62,714 nucleotides of DNA from a virus (lineage: Duplodnaviria > Caudoviricetes), in IMG/VR virus record IMGVR_UViG_3300028809_000001, positions 1 through 62,714 of that record. One strand, given 5' to 3'. Shown here piece after piece: positions 28,078 through 38,150 of the stretch (position 1 is its first letter; every line of letters starts with the position of its first letter). Position numbers and translations under genes: made by a program. The notes beneath the pieces were generated by a model. It saw only the letters and a program-made list of their open reading frames with translations, was not told the DNA's origin and did not search any database.

Positions 28078-28461
28078 TCAGTCTCTCCCGAAGGGTAGTT
28101 GCGTCAGCATGAAGTAGCGGTAGGTCCCGTCGTGCCACGTGGGCCGGAACCCGAGCCGCTCCACGAAGTCCCAGTTCTTGGACTCGGCCACGTCCATCTT
28201 GGTGGTGAGGTATCCGTGCCGGGCCAGCAGCGGGCGAAGGAAGTCACTGATGATCCGCCGATGGAAGATTTTCGCACCGAACCCCGGCTCTGCGGCGAAG
28301 TGCAGCTCAGTGCCCTTGAGCAGCCCGCAGCCTGCGAGCCGACCGTCGTGGTAGATCGGCACGCACTCCCAGTCCGCGAACACCTGCCGCGCCACCCTGG
28401 GGTCGACATCGGCGCACTGCTCCAGGTGTTTGAGGATCGGCGAGAGCGGGTCGGGCGTCAT
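28078..28461 (-). CDS. GNAT-like acetyltransferase-fold protein
   Basis: ELH...FVERLGF; typical position between tail and ejection genes. Confidence 0.6.
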   Translation of the reverse strand: MTPDPLSPILKHLEQCADVDPRVARQVFADWECVPIYHDGRLAGCGLLKGTELHFAAEPGFGAKIFHRRIISDFLRPLLARHGYLTTKMDVAESKNWDFVERLGFRPTWHDGTYRYFMLTQLPFGRD

Positions 28462-29423
28462 GCTCCGTCATTCCCTTGGTAGAACGGGCTGTTCGGGTTG
28501 TTCGGGTCGAACGAGGTCGAGGGTGCCTGGGCGGGCGGTGCTTGGATCTGGTTCACCTTGCCGGTGTCGGTGAAGTTGAGCAGGCTGCCCAGGTCCATGT
28601 TCGACATCTTGCCCATGAACGCGAGTCCGTTGGCCAGCAGCGTGGACTGCTGCGCGATGGCGGCGTTCTTGGCGGTTGCGTCCAGGTCTTTGTTGGCCAC
28701 GAGGTCCGTGATGTTCTTCAGCGTTTGCTGGTACATCTCGCCCGCGCTCGCGTTCGTCTGCATCAGCGTTTTGTAGTTCGCCTCGATGTCGGCCAGCTGC
28801 TTCTGCGTGGTGCTCTGCATCTGCTGCAGCTGCAGCTTGGTCGCGTTGTCCGCGTTGGCCTGCTGAGCCGTGAACTGCTGGTCCATCGACTTGATGAGCG
28901 TCTGCTGCGTGGCGGCCTGATTGGCCAGCCGATCGGTCTGCGACATCTTCGCCTGATCCGACGCCATCTGGTTCGTCTGTCCGGTGTTGAACTGGCTCGT
29001 CGTGTTGGCGTTGCCCGCATTGAACCGGTCCGTGGTGTTGGCCGCCTCGGCGTTGTATTGGCCCGCGTTGGCCTGCGTGCTGGCGTCCTGCTGCGCGATC
29101 GGAAGCGCAGTGTTGACCAGGGCCTGCTGGCCGGCCGACACCGCCATCGAGCTGTTGAGCAGCCCGCGCTTGTTCGCCATCTGCGCAGCGTTCGTCTCGG
29201 CCTGTTGCAGCAGCGGCGAGCCCGAGTCCAGGATCGTGCCGAGCTGGCCTTGCACGGTCTGGTCTTTGCCGACGTTCCAGTTCGTCGTGTTGGCGTTGGT
29301 CGTGGTCGCCTGTGCGGCGGGCGCCGCGGCGGGCGACGCCACCTGCGGCGTCGCGCTCATGGCGTCGCTGAGCAGGCCCGCGGTGGGCTTGGTCGGCTCG
29401 ACGGTGTAAGGGTTGGTTGCCAT
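28458..29423 (-). CDS. Putative internal virion protein
   Basis: Gln/Asn/Ala-rich; RGLLNSSMA motif. Confidence 0.6.
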   Translation of the reverse strand: MATNPYTVEPTKPTAGLLSDAMSATPQVASPAAAPAAQATTTNANTTNWNVGKDQTVQGQLGTILDSGSPLLQQAETNAAQMANKRGLLNSSMAVSAGQQALVNTALPIAQQDASTQANAGQYNAEAANTTDRFNAGNANTTSQFNTGQTNQMASDQAKMSQTDRLANQAATQQTLIKSMDQQFTAQQANADNATKLQLQQMQSTTQKQLADIEANYKTLMQTNASAGEMYQQTLKNITDLVANKDLDATAKNAAIAQQSTLLANGLAFMGKMSNMDLGSLLNFTDTGKVNQIQAPPAQAPSTSFDPNNPNSPFYQGNDGA

Positions 29424-29432
29424 GTTCGTTCC

Positions 29433-31163
29433 TTATTGCCAGATCCCCACCATACGAACCTGCCAGTTCGCGGGAGTGATGTTCGTAGCCACGCCAGTGC
29501 TGGCGTTGGGAAGTTGGACCGTCGCGTTGAAGGTGTAGACGCTGAGGTTCGTGGCGTCCGCAAACGCGGTGTACCCACCAGTGAATCCGGTCCGGTTCGG
29601 AATCCACTCCACGCGCTGGCCCGCAACATATCCCGCTTCAGCGGTAACACAGACCAACCACACCTTCATGTGGTCCGGGGCACGGGAGTTACCATGCCCG
29701 CTCGTGAACGCGGCGTTGATGGCGAGAGCGAAGCTGCCCCCTGCGACGGTCCGCTGGCCGCCGATGAAGAAAGACCCAGTTCCCGTGGACAGGAGGAAAG
29801 AGGTCGACGTGAACCGCGCGACTTCTGCCGCTCCGATACCGAACAGCAGGTCGCTGTCGGAGCGGAGGCATCCTTGCGCGCCACCGCCACCGACCAGGGC
29901 GCCACTGCCCCAGTAGAGAGAGTACACGCCGTTGCTGATGAGGGCGTAAGTTCCCAGGATGTCCAGGGCCGTGGTGGGCGTCTTGCCGATCCCGACCTGC
30001 CCAGTGGGCAGGATCTGAATCCAGGGGAGGTTGTTGGCGTAGAGGTGGAGGGGCTTGGCGACCGTCGTGCCGAGCAGCACCGTGGTGGAGTTCGCCGTAA
30101 AGGTGGCGTTACGAACCCCTGCGACGGCGAGGTCGAACACCGGCTGCGTCGTGCCGTTGACGCCCAACGTGGTGAAGCCTCCGCCGTACGACGGAGCGAC
30201 GTACCCCACCCCGACCGTCCCGTTGGCGAAGTTGACGCTGGAAATCGTTGCTCCGGTCCGCGTCACCTCCAACCAGTTCTGCGCGGCGGCGCCCGCATCA
30301 TTGAGCACACGGTAGATTTTCTGTGCGCCGAGGACGTACTCCTGCCACACTTTCTGGTCCGCGGCGCCACCCGCGAGAACGTGCTGCAGTGCGGGCGATG
30401 CACCGAGAACCCCGATGGCAGTATTCGTGGCCCCGAGCGCAGCGGAGATCGTCCCCCGCGCCGTCACTGAACCGATGGCGGTGAGCGCAGAGGTGTCCAG
30501 CAGAACCTGCAGTACACCGCCCACGCCGAACACCGTGCGCGTGCTGGCCGCGAGGACGGTGTCGCCGGCGATGTCGCCGGGCACGAACTGGTTCGAGCCG
30601 CCGCTGACTCCGAGCGTCCCTTCGACGCCGGTGCGGCCGATGGTCATCAGCGCGTTCGAGCCCGCTGCGCCAGAACGGATGTTGATGCTGGAGACGTTCG
30701 GCTCGGTGACGGTGATCGGGTCGTTGAACGTCGAGGTCCCGTTCACCGTCATGCCGGTGTTGATCGTCGGCGTGACGATGGTGGGCGTGTTGATCGTCGG
30801 CGACGTCAGCGTCTTGTTCGTCAGCGTCTGCGCGACGTCCGTGCCGACCAGCGTGGTGTTGGCGTCCGGGAACGCGAACACGCGCGTCGTGCTGGCACTG
30901 ATGCCCGACACCTGGAACATCGCGCGCTTCGTGTTGTCGGCGTCGTCGAACAGCCGGAACACCGCGTCGCTCAGCCCGTTGGTCCCCGACGTGGTCAGCC
31001 CGTTGGCCGACGGATTGACGACCACGAACTGGCCCGCGTTGCCGGGCAGCGTGGGCATCTTGTCGAAGCCTGCGGCGATGGCGTCCAGCTCGGCGCGCAT
31101 GGCAGCCGAACTCCCCGGGGCCTGCGTGGCCGGATACCCGCCGTGATTGTAGAAGTCATTCAA
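29433..31163 (-). CDS. Tail fibre/spike protein
   Basis: TTG start after GAGGAG; ELDAIAAGFDK.P N-terminal domain; QTLTNKTLTSPTIN; G.VGIG..P fibre repeats. Confidence 0.75.
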   Translation of the reverse strand: MNDFYNHGGYPATQAPGSSAAMRAELDAIAAGFDKMPTLPGNAGQFVVVNPSANGLTTSGTNGLSDAVFRLFDDADNTKRAMFQVSGISASTTRVFAFPDANTTLVGTDVAQTLTNKTLTSPTINTPTIVTPTINTGMTVNGTSTFNDPITVTEPNVSSINIRSGAAGSNALMTIGRTGVEGTLGVSGGSNQFVPGDIAGDTVLAASTRTVFGVGGVLQVLLDTSALTAIGSVTARGTISAALGATNTAIGVLGASPALQHVLAGGAADQKVWQEYVLGAQKIYRVLNDAGAAAQNWLEVTRTGATISSVNFANGTVGVGYVAPSYGGGFTTLGVNGTTQPVFDLAVAGVRNATFTANSTTVLLGTTVAKPLHLYANNLPWIQILPTGQVGIGKTPTTALDILGTYALISNGVYSLYWGSGALVGGGGAQGCLRSDSDLLFGIGAAEVARFTSTSFLLSTGTGSFFIGGQRTVAGGSFALAINAAFTSGHGNSRAPDHMKVWLVCVTAEAGYVAGQRVEWIPNRTGFTGGYTAFADATNLSVYTFNATVQLPNASTGVATNITPANWQVRMVGIWQ

Positions 31164-31164
31164 G

Positions 31165-31683
31165 TCAGTGCTCCTCGATCCGGTTGTACTTGCGGCGGTT
31201 CTCGTCTTGCGTGATCACCCGCAGGTTGTGCTCGACGTGAAGGCCCGACACGGTTTTTCCATGGAGCGGGTAGAAGTGGTCGACAACGTATTGGACACCC
31301 GTCTCGACCGTTTTCTGCCGCGCCTCTGCATAGATGGCCACGATCTTCTCAGGGTTCGCCCATGCGGGCATCTTCGCCTTGGTGCGCATGCGAATCTTGC
31401 CGCCGTTTGTCGGCGACGACTTGTTCCACGCGCGCATGTACGCGGCCATGTATTCGCGGTTTGCTTCGCGCCAAGCCTTTGACTTCAGCGCGTGGCCTTC
31501 AGTCTTGCGGTAGCGCGCGACGGCCGTGGCAGCACGTTCCGGATTTGCGAGGTTCCACTCGCGCGCCGCGGCAGACACGCACACCTTGCACTCCGAGCGC
31601 AGCCCGAGTTTCATTTTCGGCTTGAGGCTGAACCGCATTGGGTCGAGCCACTGCTCGCACTTCTTGCAGCGAATCAACATCAT
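31165..31683 (-). CDS. HNH homing endonuclease with N-terminal zinc finger
   Basis: CKKC...CKVC; PAWA...VDHFYPL.G.TVSGLHV..NL.VI...EN..K.N. Confidence 0.88.
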   Translation of the reverse strand: MMLIRCKKCEQWLDPMRFSLKPKMKLGLRSECKVCVSAAAREWNLANPERAATAVARYRKTEGHALKSKAWREANREYMAAYMRAWNKSSPTNGGKIRMRTKAKMPAWANPEKIVAIYAEARQKTVETGVQYVVDHFYPLHGKTVSGLHVEHNLRVITQDENRRKYNRIEEH

Positions 31684-33746
31684 CAGCGCATCCCCCGCCG
31701 CGGTGTGTAGTGGATCACGATGCTGTTGATCGTGAAGGATTCGTAGAGGTCGCTGTCACTTGCGATGATGCACGCGATGTTTTCGGCCGTGCCGTCCAGC
31801 TCGCACTCCTCCGGTGCGAGGTTGATCCCGTCCCACACGAACTGGTCCCACACGAACTGGTCCCAGAACGAAGCCGTGAGCGGCAGCACGTGGTCCGAGA
31901 ACCCCGGCTGCCCGATCGTGGTGACGTTGTACCCGAGCGTGTAGCTGAACGAGAACTCGGCGTACCCCGACCCGGTCACCTCCAGCGCGGCCTTGCGGTA
32001 GCGCTTCAGGATCCGCGGCGAGCCGATCGCGTTGAACACCAGCGGCAGCGTCGCGCCGATGTTCTCGCCGTCGAACGACGTGCCCGCGTCCACCTGATAG
32101 ACGTACCCGTTGGTCGCGCCCACGAAGATGACCTGCAGGCCGTTGCCGTCCTCGCCCTCGCACGCCACGTTGAAGATGTGGGGCATCTGGATCGGCATGG
32201 CGCCGATCAGCTTGCCACCCTTGAACGTCATGTGCAGGCCCGAGCCGTCATTGAAGTACAGCCGGTACTGCGTCTTGCGGCGCGTGACCGACGAGCACAG
32301 CACGCCGGACTGCCGCTGCTCCAGCCACGGCTGGATCGGCTGCGTGATGGACGCGCTGCTGAAGTTGCCGTAGGCCAGGGTGTTGGCCAGCGACAGCACG
32401 CCGCGGTCGTCGAGCATCAGCGTGTTGCCGATGTTCTGCGTGGTGTAGGCCAGCGCGCCCGTCGAGTCCTCGTAGGTGACGAGGTTCCAGTCGGCGGAGC
32501 TGGTGCCGTAGAGCACCGCAGTCGCGTTGCGCGAGGTGATCAGCATGGCGCCGGTCTCTTGCGCGCCGGCCTGGACCTGGAAGTTCGTGACCGGACCCTT
32601 GACCAGCAGCTCGCCCGCGCCCGAGATCGCGGTCCACGCGAACGGCGCGTTGATCCCGCTGTGCTGCACGCTCGGGCCGAACGAGAAGAACACGTGGTTC
32701 TTGTGGACGGCCACGTGCGTGGGCGTGTCCGTCGGCATGCCCGTGATGATGGGTGCGACCGTCGTGCCGTCGAACTCGAACCCGCGGTTGACGCCGTCGG
32801 CGCCGTACGCGCGCAGCACGCGCTGCCCGTTCGAGCCGGTGAAGTTGAACTGGTCGAACTCGAACCGGCCGCCCGGCAGCAGCGTGATGGTCGAGAACGC
32901 GCCGACCACCGCCGCGGTGGCGATCGGCGTGGCGCCCAGGCGGATGACCTCGCCGTTGGCCCAGAAGCCCACCACGGTGTCGACGATGAACCGGCCCGCC
33001 GCCGTCGTGCCCCAGGCGCCCGACTGCGTGGCCACGCGGCGGATGACGGCCGTGGCGCCCGAAGTCGCGCCGTTGATCACGTTGCCCTCTTGCGGCTCGA
33101 TGAGGCCCGCCGTGAAGGCGATCTGCGAGCCGAGCGGCACGTTCACCCAGCCGCCGGCCGAGCTGCGGTAGATGCCCACCGCCGTGCCGCCCAGGTTGTT
33201 GCGGAACGCGTACATCTGGCCGTTCAGGTACGTCACGCCGCGCACCGGCCCCGAGCCCGGCACCATCGTGATGTCGGCGCGGTACACGTCGGCGGCGAAG
33301 TTCTGCATCATCGCCGTGAACAGCGCGCTGGTCGTGGGCGCGCCGAGAGCCGTGACGGTGGCCTGCGGCACCGCGGCCACCGTGAGCGTCTCGCCCACGA
33401 TGAACGTGCCGGTCTCCTTCGTGTAGGCCACCACACCGGTGGGCACGTCCACGTAGAACACGACGGCCGTGGCGAGCGACGTGACGCCCGTGATGACGTC
33501 ACCCGGCGCGATGGCCCCGGTGAACGCGACCTGCACCACGCCGAACGACGCGTCGCTCGGACTCGGCCGCCCGTCGAAGCGTTCGTAGCCCTGCACGCGC
33601 GAGTAGCCGCCTTGCTGGTTCGCCTCGAAGTTCACGCTGTCGCGCGCGAAGCCGGGAGGCAGCGACAACGTCGGCGTGACCAAGTCCATGCCGCCCGTCA
33701 GTCGGACGGTGTCGTGCCGCACGGGTGGCATGTTGAAAGGTTTCAT
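31683..33746 (-). CDS. Tail nozzle / DNA stabilisation protein (beta-propeller-like)
   Basis: 687 aa, beta-rich; GG.DL.TP...N.E...GY.R..GYERFDG; follows the adaptor. Confidence 0.7.
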   Translation of the reverse strand: MKPFNMPPVRHDTVRLTGGMDLVTPTLSLPPGFARDSVNFEANQQGGYSRVQGYERFDGRPSPSDASFGVVQVAFTGAIAPGDVITGVTSLATAVVFYVDVPTGVVAYTKETGTFIVGETLTVAAVPQATVTALGAPTTSALFTAMMQNFAADVYRADITMVPGSGPVRGVTYLNGQMYAFRNNLGGTAVGIYRSSAGGWVNVPLGSQIAFTAGLIEPQEGNVINGATSGATAVIRRVATQSGAWGTTAAGRFIVDTVVGFWANGEVIRLGATPIATAAVVGAFSTITLLPGGRFEFDQFNFTGSNGQRVLRAYGADGVNRGFEFDGTTVAPIITGMPTDTPTHVAVHKNHVFFSFGPSVQHSGINAPFAWTAISGAGELLVKGPVTNFQVQAGAQETGAMLITSRNATAVLYGTSSADWNLVTYEDSTGALAYTTQNIGNTLMLDDRGVLSLANTLAYGNFSSASITQPIQPWLEQRQSGVLCSSVTRRKTQYRLYFNDGSGLHMTFKGGKLIGAMPIQMPHIFNVACEGEDGNGLQVIFVGATNGYVYQVDAGTSFDGENIGATLPLVFNAIGSPRILKRYRKAALEVTGSGYAEFSFSYTLGYNVTTIGQPGFSDHVLPLTASFWDQFVWDQFVWDGINLAPEECELDGTAENIACIIASDSDLYESFTINSIVIHYTPRRGMR

Positions 33747-33752
33747 GGGACC

Positions 33753-34445
33753 TCAGGCGAGAGATGGTCCGAACGTCACGGGCGGCATCTGGTCGATGAT
33801 CATCTGGTTCATCAGCTCGTCGTATTTGGCCTCGCCGCGGGCCACCACTTCGCCAGCCGCCTCGTACATGCCGTACGACACCATCACCGCGTACACGATG
33901 AGCATGTGGTAGTAGGCCGGCGCGAGCGGCACGTCGGCGTCGAGCGTCAGCTCCTGCGGCCAGCGCCAGTAGCGGCCGCGGATGTGGTAGACCTGATCGG
34001 GCACGCCGCCGAAAAGCAGGCTCTTGTACGGGTCCACGCTGAAGCAGCTGGGCTTCTGGGGTGCGGTCTGCGTCTGGCCGTACTGGTACGTGTTGCGGAA
34101 CGTCGGCCAGTCCATGAACGGCAGGATCATCTCGTCCGAGAAGTTCACCGTATCAGTGTAGATCCGCATCTTGTTCAGGTCCCACTCGCGGAACATGGGC
34201 GCCGCGGCGGAGACGGGGAGCTGGTCGACGGGGTAGGTCTGCTGCAGCGCGACCGTCGCGAAGTCGAACGGCTGGTTGAGGAACAGCCACCCGCAGTTCT
34301 GCGCGGTCTGGATCTCGGTCCAGGCCGTGCGCGTCCAGTTGACGAACCGGCGCATCTCCCCGACCTGACCGACCACAGTGGCCAGATCAGGACCGGAGAC
34401 GCCGCACTCCTGGCGCGCGCGGTTGATCAGCTCCAGCAGAGTCAA
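33753..34445 (-). CDS. Head-tail adaptor (tail tubular protein A-like)
   Basis: TTG start after GGAGG; TLLELINRARQECG...W.FL...P..YH.LIVY. Confidence 0.7.
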   Translation of the reverse strand: MTLLELINRARQECGVSGPDLATVVGQVGEMRRFVNWTRTAWTEIQTAQNCGWLFLNQPFDFATVALQQTYPVDQLPVSAAAPMFREWDLNKMRIYTDTVNFSDEMILPFMDWPTFRNTYQYGQTQTAPQKPSCFSVDPYKSLLFGGVPDQVYHIRGRYWRWPQELTLDADVPLAPAYYHMLIVYAVMVSYGMYEAAGEVVARGEAKYDELMNQMIIDQMPPVTFGPSLA

Positions 34446-34876
34446 TTGGCCTCCGCCATCACCTTGGCCAGCCACGCGTGGCCGATGGGGTTCGGGTCGA
34501 GCACCACGTTGAACGGGTACACCTGCCCGATGCTTTCGGTGGTGACGATCTCCAGCTCGGCGGCGCTGCGCTGGTGCTGGCGATAGCTCGTCTCCTTCAT
34601 GCGGGCGAGCACTTCGAGGAACATGCGCTTGATGGCCACCGGGCGAGCGCCGCGCGGGATGATCTGGTTCGTGCCGTTCACGTTCAGGTGGACGTACGGC
34701 ATGGCATTGATGTCGCTGGTCATCGGCACGTTGACCACGACCAGTTCGTTCATGAACTTCTCCAGCTCCATGGTCGCCTTGCGGATCGCAGCGTCACCCG
34801 AGACGGTTTCGACGTTCTTCTCCATGGCATCGATGATCAGGCTGGGGGCGGGGCCGAAGCCGCGGGGTTCACTCAT
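34442..34876 (-). CDS. Conserved structural-module protein
   Basis: FMNE.V.V...VNG...IPRG...KR.F.EVLAR. Confidence 0.7.
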   Translation of the reverse strand: MSEPRGFGPAPSLIIDAMEKNVETVSGDAAIRKATMELEKFMNELVVVNVPMTSDINAMPYVHLNVNGTNQIIPRGARPVAIKRMFLEVLARMKETSYRQHQRSAAELEIVTTESIGQVYPFNVVLDPNPIGHAWLAKVMAEAN

Positions 34877-34894
34877 GGGTATCTCCTGCTGTTG

Positions 34895-34922
34895 AAAAAA
34901 GGGCCGACCATCAGGCCGGCCC
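34895..34922 (-). terminator. Intrinsic terminator after the capsid genes
   Basis: Minus strand GGGCCGGCC-TGAT-GGTCGGCCC-TTTTTT. Confidence 0.85.
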
Positions 34923-34946
34923 AGTGGCTCACTGCATCGAAAACGA

Positions 34947-35399
34947 TCAGCGGTTCGTGCCCGGCATGTCCATCACGTTGAGGAACGTGCTGGTGATGCC
35001 CGCGGCGCCGAACGCCGTGGTGCCCGGCACGAAGGTCGTGGAGCCGTTGGTGACCACCGAGACCACGGCAAACAGCGTCTTGCCGCTGACCACCGGGGCG
35101 TTGGGGGCCACGCCGCCCGCGGCGACGATCACGCCCTGCGAGGCGGTCACGTTGCCAGCCGCGTCCAGGAAGAACGCGAAGTTGCACTTCGAGCTGACCG
35201 GGACGGTGGTGAAGGCCGGCACCTGCGTGTCGCGGGTGACGGCGATGTTGTTCGTGATGGCCTTTTGGAAGAAGACCGCGTCGAACACGTAGTTGACCGC
35301 GGCCACGTTCTGGATCGTGCCAGCGTTGGTGCCGGCCGCCACGGCGCCCGAGCTGAGCGACATGAAGCCGCTGTTGGTGCCTTCGAGGTTGTAAGACAT
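34947..35399 (-). CDS. Putative capsid decoration protein
   Basis: 150 aa, beta-rich; lies between the capsid gene and the terminator. Confidence 0.6.
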   Translation of the reverse strand: MSYNLEGTNSGFMSLSSGAVAAGTNAGTIQNVAAVNYVFDAVFFQKAITNNIAVTRDTQVPAFTTVPVSSKCNFAFFLDAAGNVTASQGVIVAAGGVAPNAPVVSGKTLFAVVSVVTNGSTTFVPGTTAFGAAGITSTFLNVMDMPGTNR

Positions 35400-35412
35400 T
35401 TCCCGTTTCCTT

Positions 35413-35622
35413 TCAGGGGATCGTGTTCAGGGCCGGGGCGAGCGTGGTGGAGGCGGTGCTGTTGGCCGCCCCCACCGTGACGCCGCCGTGGACGTGTGCG
35501 TTGAAGAGGACCCGCAGGGCCTCCAGGTCGGCGCGGAGGGACAGGACGAGCGGGAGCAGCTCGTTCTTGTCGATCCCCGCGGACATGCCGCCGATGCGTT
35601 GTGCGACAGATTGGGTGGGCAT
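35413..35622 (-). CDS. Small virion protein
   Basis: 69 aa; coiled-coil plus FNAHVHGGV. Confidence 0.6.
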   Translation of the reverse strand: MPTQSVAQRIGGMSAGIDKNELLPLVLSLRADLEALRVLFNAHVHGGVTVGAANSTASTTLAPALNTIP

Positions 35623-35638
35623 GGTCAGCCTCCCTTCA

Positions 35639-36700
35639 TCACAGCGCCGAGACGGCGGCTTCGATGCGCGCCATCCAGGCTTCGTTGAGACGCACCGCGG
35701 CGAACCACGTCGAGGCGCCCACGTAGCCGAACTGGCCCAGCGGGTTGGCGTGGTTCTTCTGGCTGGCCGGCAGCACGGTCGGGCTGATGGCGCGGCGGCC
35801 CTTCAGCGCGACTTGGCCCCACGCGTCTTCGCCGATCACGAGGAACGGGTAGACGTCGATGTTCACGCCGCCCTGCGACAGCATGCCCGTGGCGCCCACC
35901 GCGGCGCCGGCGGCCAGGAACGGCTCGAACAGCGGCGAGGACAGGAAGCGGAACTGCTCGACGGCGCCGATCTCGCGGTCGTGGATCGGCTTGAACGAGC
36001 CGTAGTCCTCGACGCGGGTGAAGTTCGGCAGGTTGCGGATGTCCGCCTCGGCGTCCGTGTGCACGAACACGATGTAGCTCGGCTGCACGGCCTGGGTGTT
36101 GAAGTTCACGCCGGGGGCGACACGCGAGGTGACGCGGCGGGCGCGGTTCGACTCCAGGGTCCGGGCGGCCTTGCGCAGCGCGTTCAGGCTGATCGGGGTG
36201 TTGATGCCCGCGCGGGTCGTGCCGTTGGCGTAGACCACGATCGAGCCGGCCTTCAGCACGCCGTAGCGCACCTTCTCCATCAGCTCGGCCATCACCTCGC
36301 CGGTCTGCTTGACCATCTCGGCGGGGATGTCGTCCTCGTACAGGTCTTCGACCTTGGACGAGAACTTGTAGAGCACGCCGTACTGCTGCAGCGTGACCGA
36401 CACATCCTGGAACGTGATGGTGTTGCTGTTGGGCGTAAGGCCCTCGCCCAGCACGAACGCGTTGGGGTCGATCACCGGGGTGCCGACATAGCGCTGCGTG
36501 CCTTCGATCGTGGTGCCGGTGAGCGACGCGCCGAAGGGCAGCGTGCGGCGGAACACGATGGTGTCGGTCGCGTTCTTCGGATGCTCGCGCATCGTGCCGA
36601 AGTCCCCGAGGACGGTGAGGGGCTGGGCATGTTCGAGCATGCCCTGTGCTGCGCGGATGAGGTTCCGCGACGGCGAGGTCGAATAGTTCTGGACGGCCAT
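35639..36700 (-). CDS. Major capsid protein, N4-gp56 family
   Basis: P.N.TDTIVFRR...L.EG.TP...LQQYG...E.G.VE.FRF...DVYP...GEDAWG...PLGQ.G.VG...LNE.WM.R.E. Confidence 0.92.
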   Translation of the reverse strand: MAVQNYSTSPSRNLIRAAQGMLEHAQPLTVLGDFGTMREHPKNATDTIVFRRTLPFGASLTGTTIEGTQRYVGTPVIDPNAFVLGEGLTPNSNTITFQDVSVTLQQYGVLYKFSSKVEDLYEDDIPAEMVKQTGEVMAELMEKVRYGVLKAGSIVVYANGTTRAGINTPISLNALRKAARTLESNRARRVTSRVAPGVNFNTQAVQPSYIVFVHTDAEADIRNLPNFTRVEDYGSFKPIHDREIGAVEQFRFLSSPLFEPFLAAGAAVGATGMLSQGGVNIDVYPFLVIGEDAWGQVALKGRRAISPTVLPASQKNHANPLGQFGYVGASTWFAAVRLNEAWMARIEAAVSAL

Positions 36701-36732
36701 TTCCTAGGCTCCTGTTGCTGAAGTCGTGTTGA

Positions 36733-37605
36733 TCAACCCTGGCGCTTCTTGCGGTCAGCACCGCGCCGGGCTTCCAGATCCCACAGCTCGTCTTCCGTCA
36801 TCTCGGTTTCATCCTTGACGCGCGGGGCGGGACGACCCGGGGTTGCGACTCCAGCAGCTGCATCCAGTTTGTTCTGGCGGGACTGCCGAATGTCCGTGAC
36901 GCTCTTGGCCTTGGCTTCGTTGAACTTGTCGAGCACCTGGATCACGTCGCGCCCGCGCTCGCTCTCGGCCTTGGCCTGGAACTCGGGCGTCTGGGACTTG
37001 AACCAGTTCTTGAACTCGTTGGTTTGAGAGGTGGCCCGCCAGTCGGGGTACTTCTCGGCGATCTGGTCGAGTTCCAGGTCACGCCGGATGTCCGCCTTCA
37101 GGGCTTCCCTGTCGATGGGGGGCGGCGCCGGAGTGACCGCCTGCTGGGACAGGATCGCAGCCATGCGCTCCTCCATCCCCTCGGCCCACTCCGGGAAGTC
37201 CGCCTTCAGCTGGTCCCACTTCTTCGTGTCGCCCGCGGCGGTGGCGATGGCGGCCTTGGACGGTGCGTCGCCGCCGGCCTTGCGGGCGGCTTCGGCGGCG
37301 TCCAGTTTGCCCTGCATCGCCGCGACGCGGCCGACAGTCGGACCCAGCTGGTTGCTCATCTGCTGCACCAGTTGCTCCGCGCGGGCAAGACGCTCCTCCA
37401 AGGAGGGCGCCGCCGGGGCGGGGGCAGGTGCAGCAGGCGCTGCCGGGGTCTCGACCTGCTCGTCTGCAGGATCGTCAAGGGCCGGGTCGGTGGTCTCCCC
37501 GGTGGCGTCTCCGCCAGCGAGAATTCCTGCCTCCGTGTCCCATGCGTCTTGCATCTGGGCGTCGGTCATCTGACCTTCGGGCGCTGCTTCCCCTTCGATT
37601 TTCAT
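36733..37605 (-). CDS. Capsid scaffold protein
   Basis: Acidic coiled-coil protein immediately upstream of the capsid gene. Confidence 0.75.
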   Translation of the reverse strand: MKIEGEAAPEGQMTDAQMQDAWDTEAGILAGGDATGETTDPALDDPADEQVETPAAPAAPAPAPAAPSLEERLARAEQLVQQMSNQLGPTVGRVAAMQGKLDAAEAARKAGGDAPSKAAIATAAGDTKKWDQLKADFPEWAEGMEERMAAILSQQAVTPAPPPIDREALKADIRRDLELDQIAEKYPDWRATSQTNEFKNWFKSQTPEFQAKAESERGRDVIQVLDKFNEAKAKSVTDIRQSRQNKLDAAAGVATPGRPAPRVKDETEMTEDELWDLEARRGADRKKRQG

Positions 37606-37672
37606 GCTCAAACCTTCAACAAAGCGACTGACCTACGACCGACTGCGCCTGCGCGGAGCCGATCACTTCCTC

Positions 37673-37870
37673 TCAAGCTGCCGACTTGGGCAGGTCGAGA
37701 ATTTCCTTGAGGGCTTGAATCCGGCCCCGCGTTTTCGCGGTCTCTTCCGGGTTCAGGTCGCCCTCGATGCGCTCTCGTTGGCGCTGGAGTTCTTCCTCCA
37801 GCCACAACGACAACGTATCCCAGGTCGTGTGCACATGGCGCTGGTTGGTCATCAGTCCGTTCGTCGCCAT
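37673..37870 (-). CDS. Small conserved head-module protein
   Basis: W..L...LE...ETAK.RGRI.ALK.IL.L. Confidence 0.7.
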   Translation of the reverse strand: MATNGLMTNQRHVHTTWDTLSLWLEEELQRQRERIEGDLNPEETAKTRGRIQALKEILDLPKSAA

Positions 37871-37871
37871 G

Positions 37872-38147
37872 TCAATCAGGTGTTTCCCTACTTGCGCACG
37901 ATTCTAGCGCGAGTTCCAGGGTTTCCACGTGGGCCCGTAGGACAAGACGCTCCGCCCGGAGCGCCTTGGCTGTCTCGAACGGGTCGGCGTCCGTCGGCAG
38001 GGTGTCGGTGGGCAGCGCCGGCCGGGCCGGCACTGCGGTCGTGCAGTAGATCGCGACCGGCACCTCTACCGTTTCAGGCACGGTGGTGGCACACCCCGCC
38101 AGCCACAGTGCAGGCACGGTGGTGAACAGGATGTGCTTCCAGGCCAT
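37872..38147 (-). CDS. Outer-membrane spanin (o-spanin) lipoprotein
   Basis: Lipobox LAGC; Pro-rich; two further Cys. Confidence 0.75.
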   Translation of the reverse strand: MAWKHILFTTVPALWLAGCATTVPETVEVPVAIYCTTAVPARPALPTDTLPTDADPFETAKALRAERLVLRAHVETLELALESCASRETPD

Positions 38148-38150
38148 GGC

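Noticed and set aside
29433-31163. Diversity-generating retroelement or invertible tail-fibre system
   Set aside because: No reverse transcriptase, invertase or template repeat was seen.
31830-31866. 15-bp tandem repeat in the nozzle gene
   Set aside because: Encodes WDQFVWDQFVWD, a protein-level motif.
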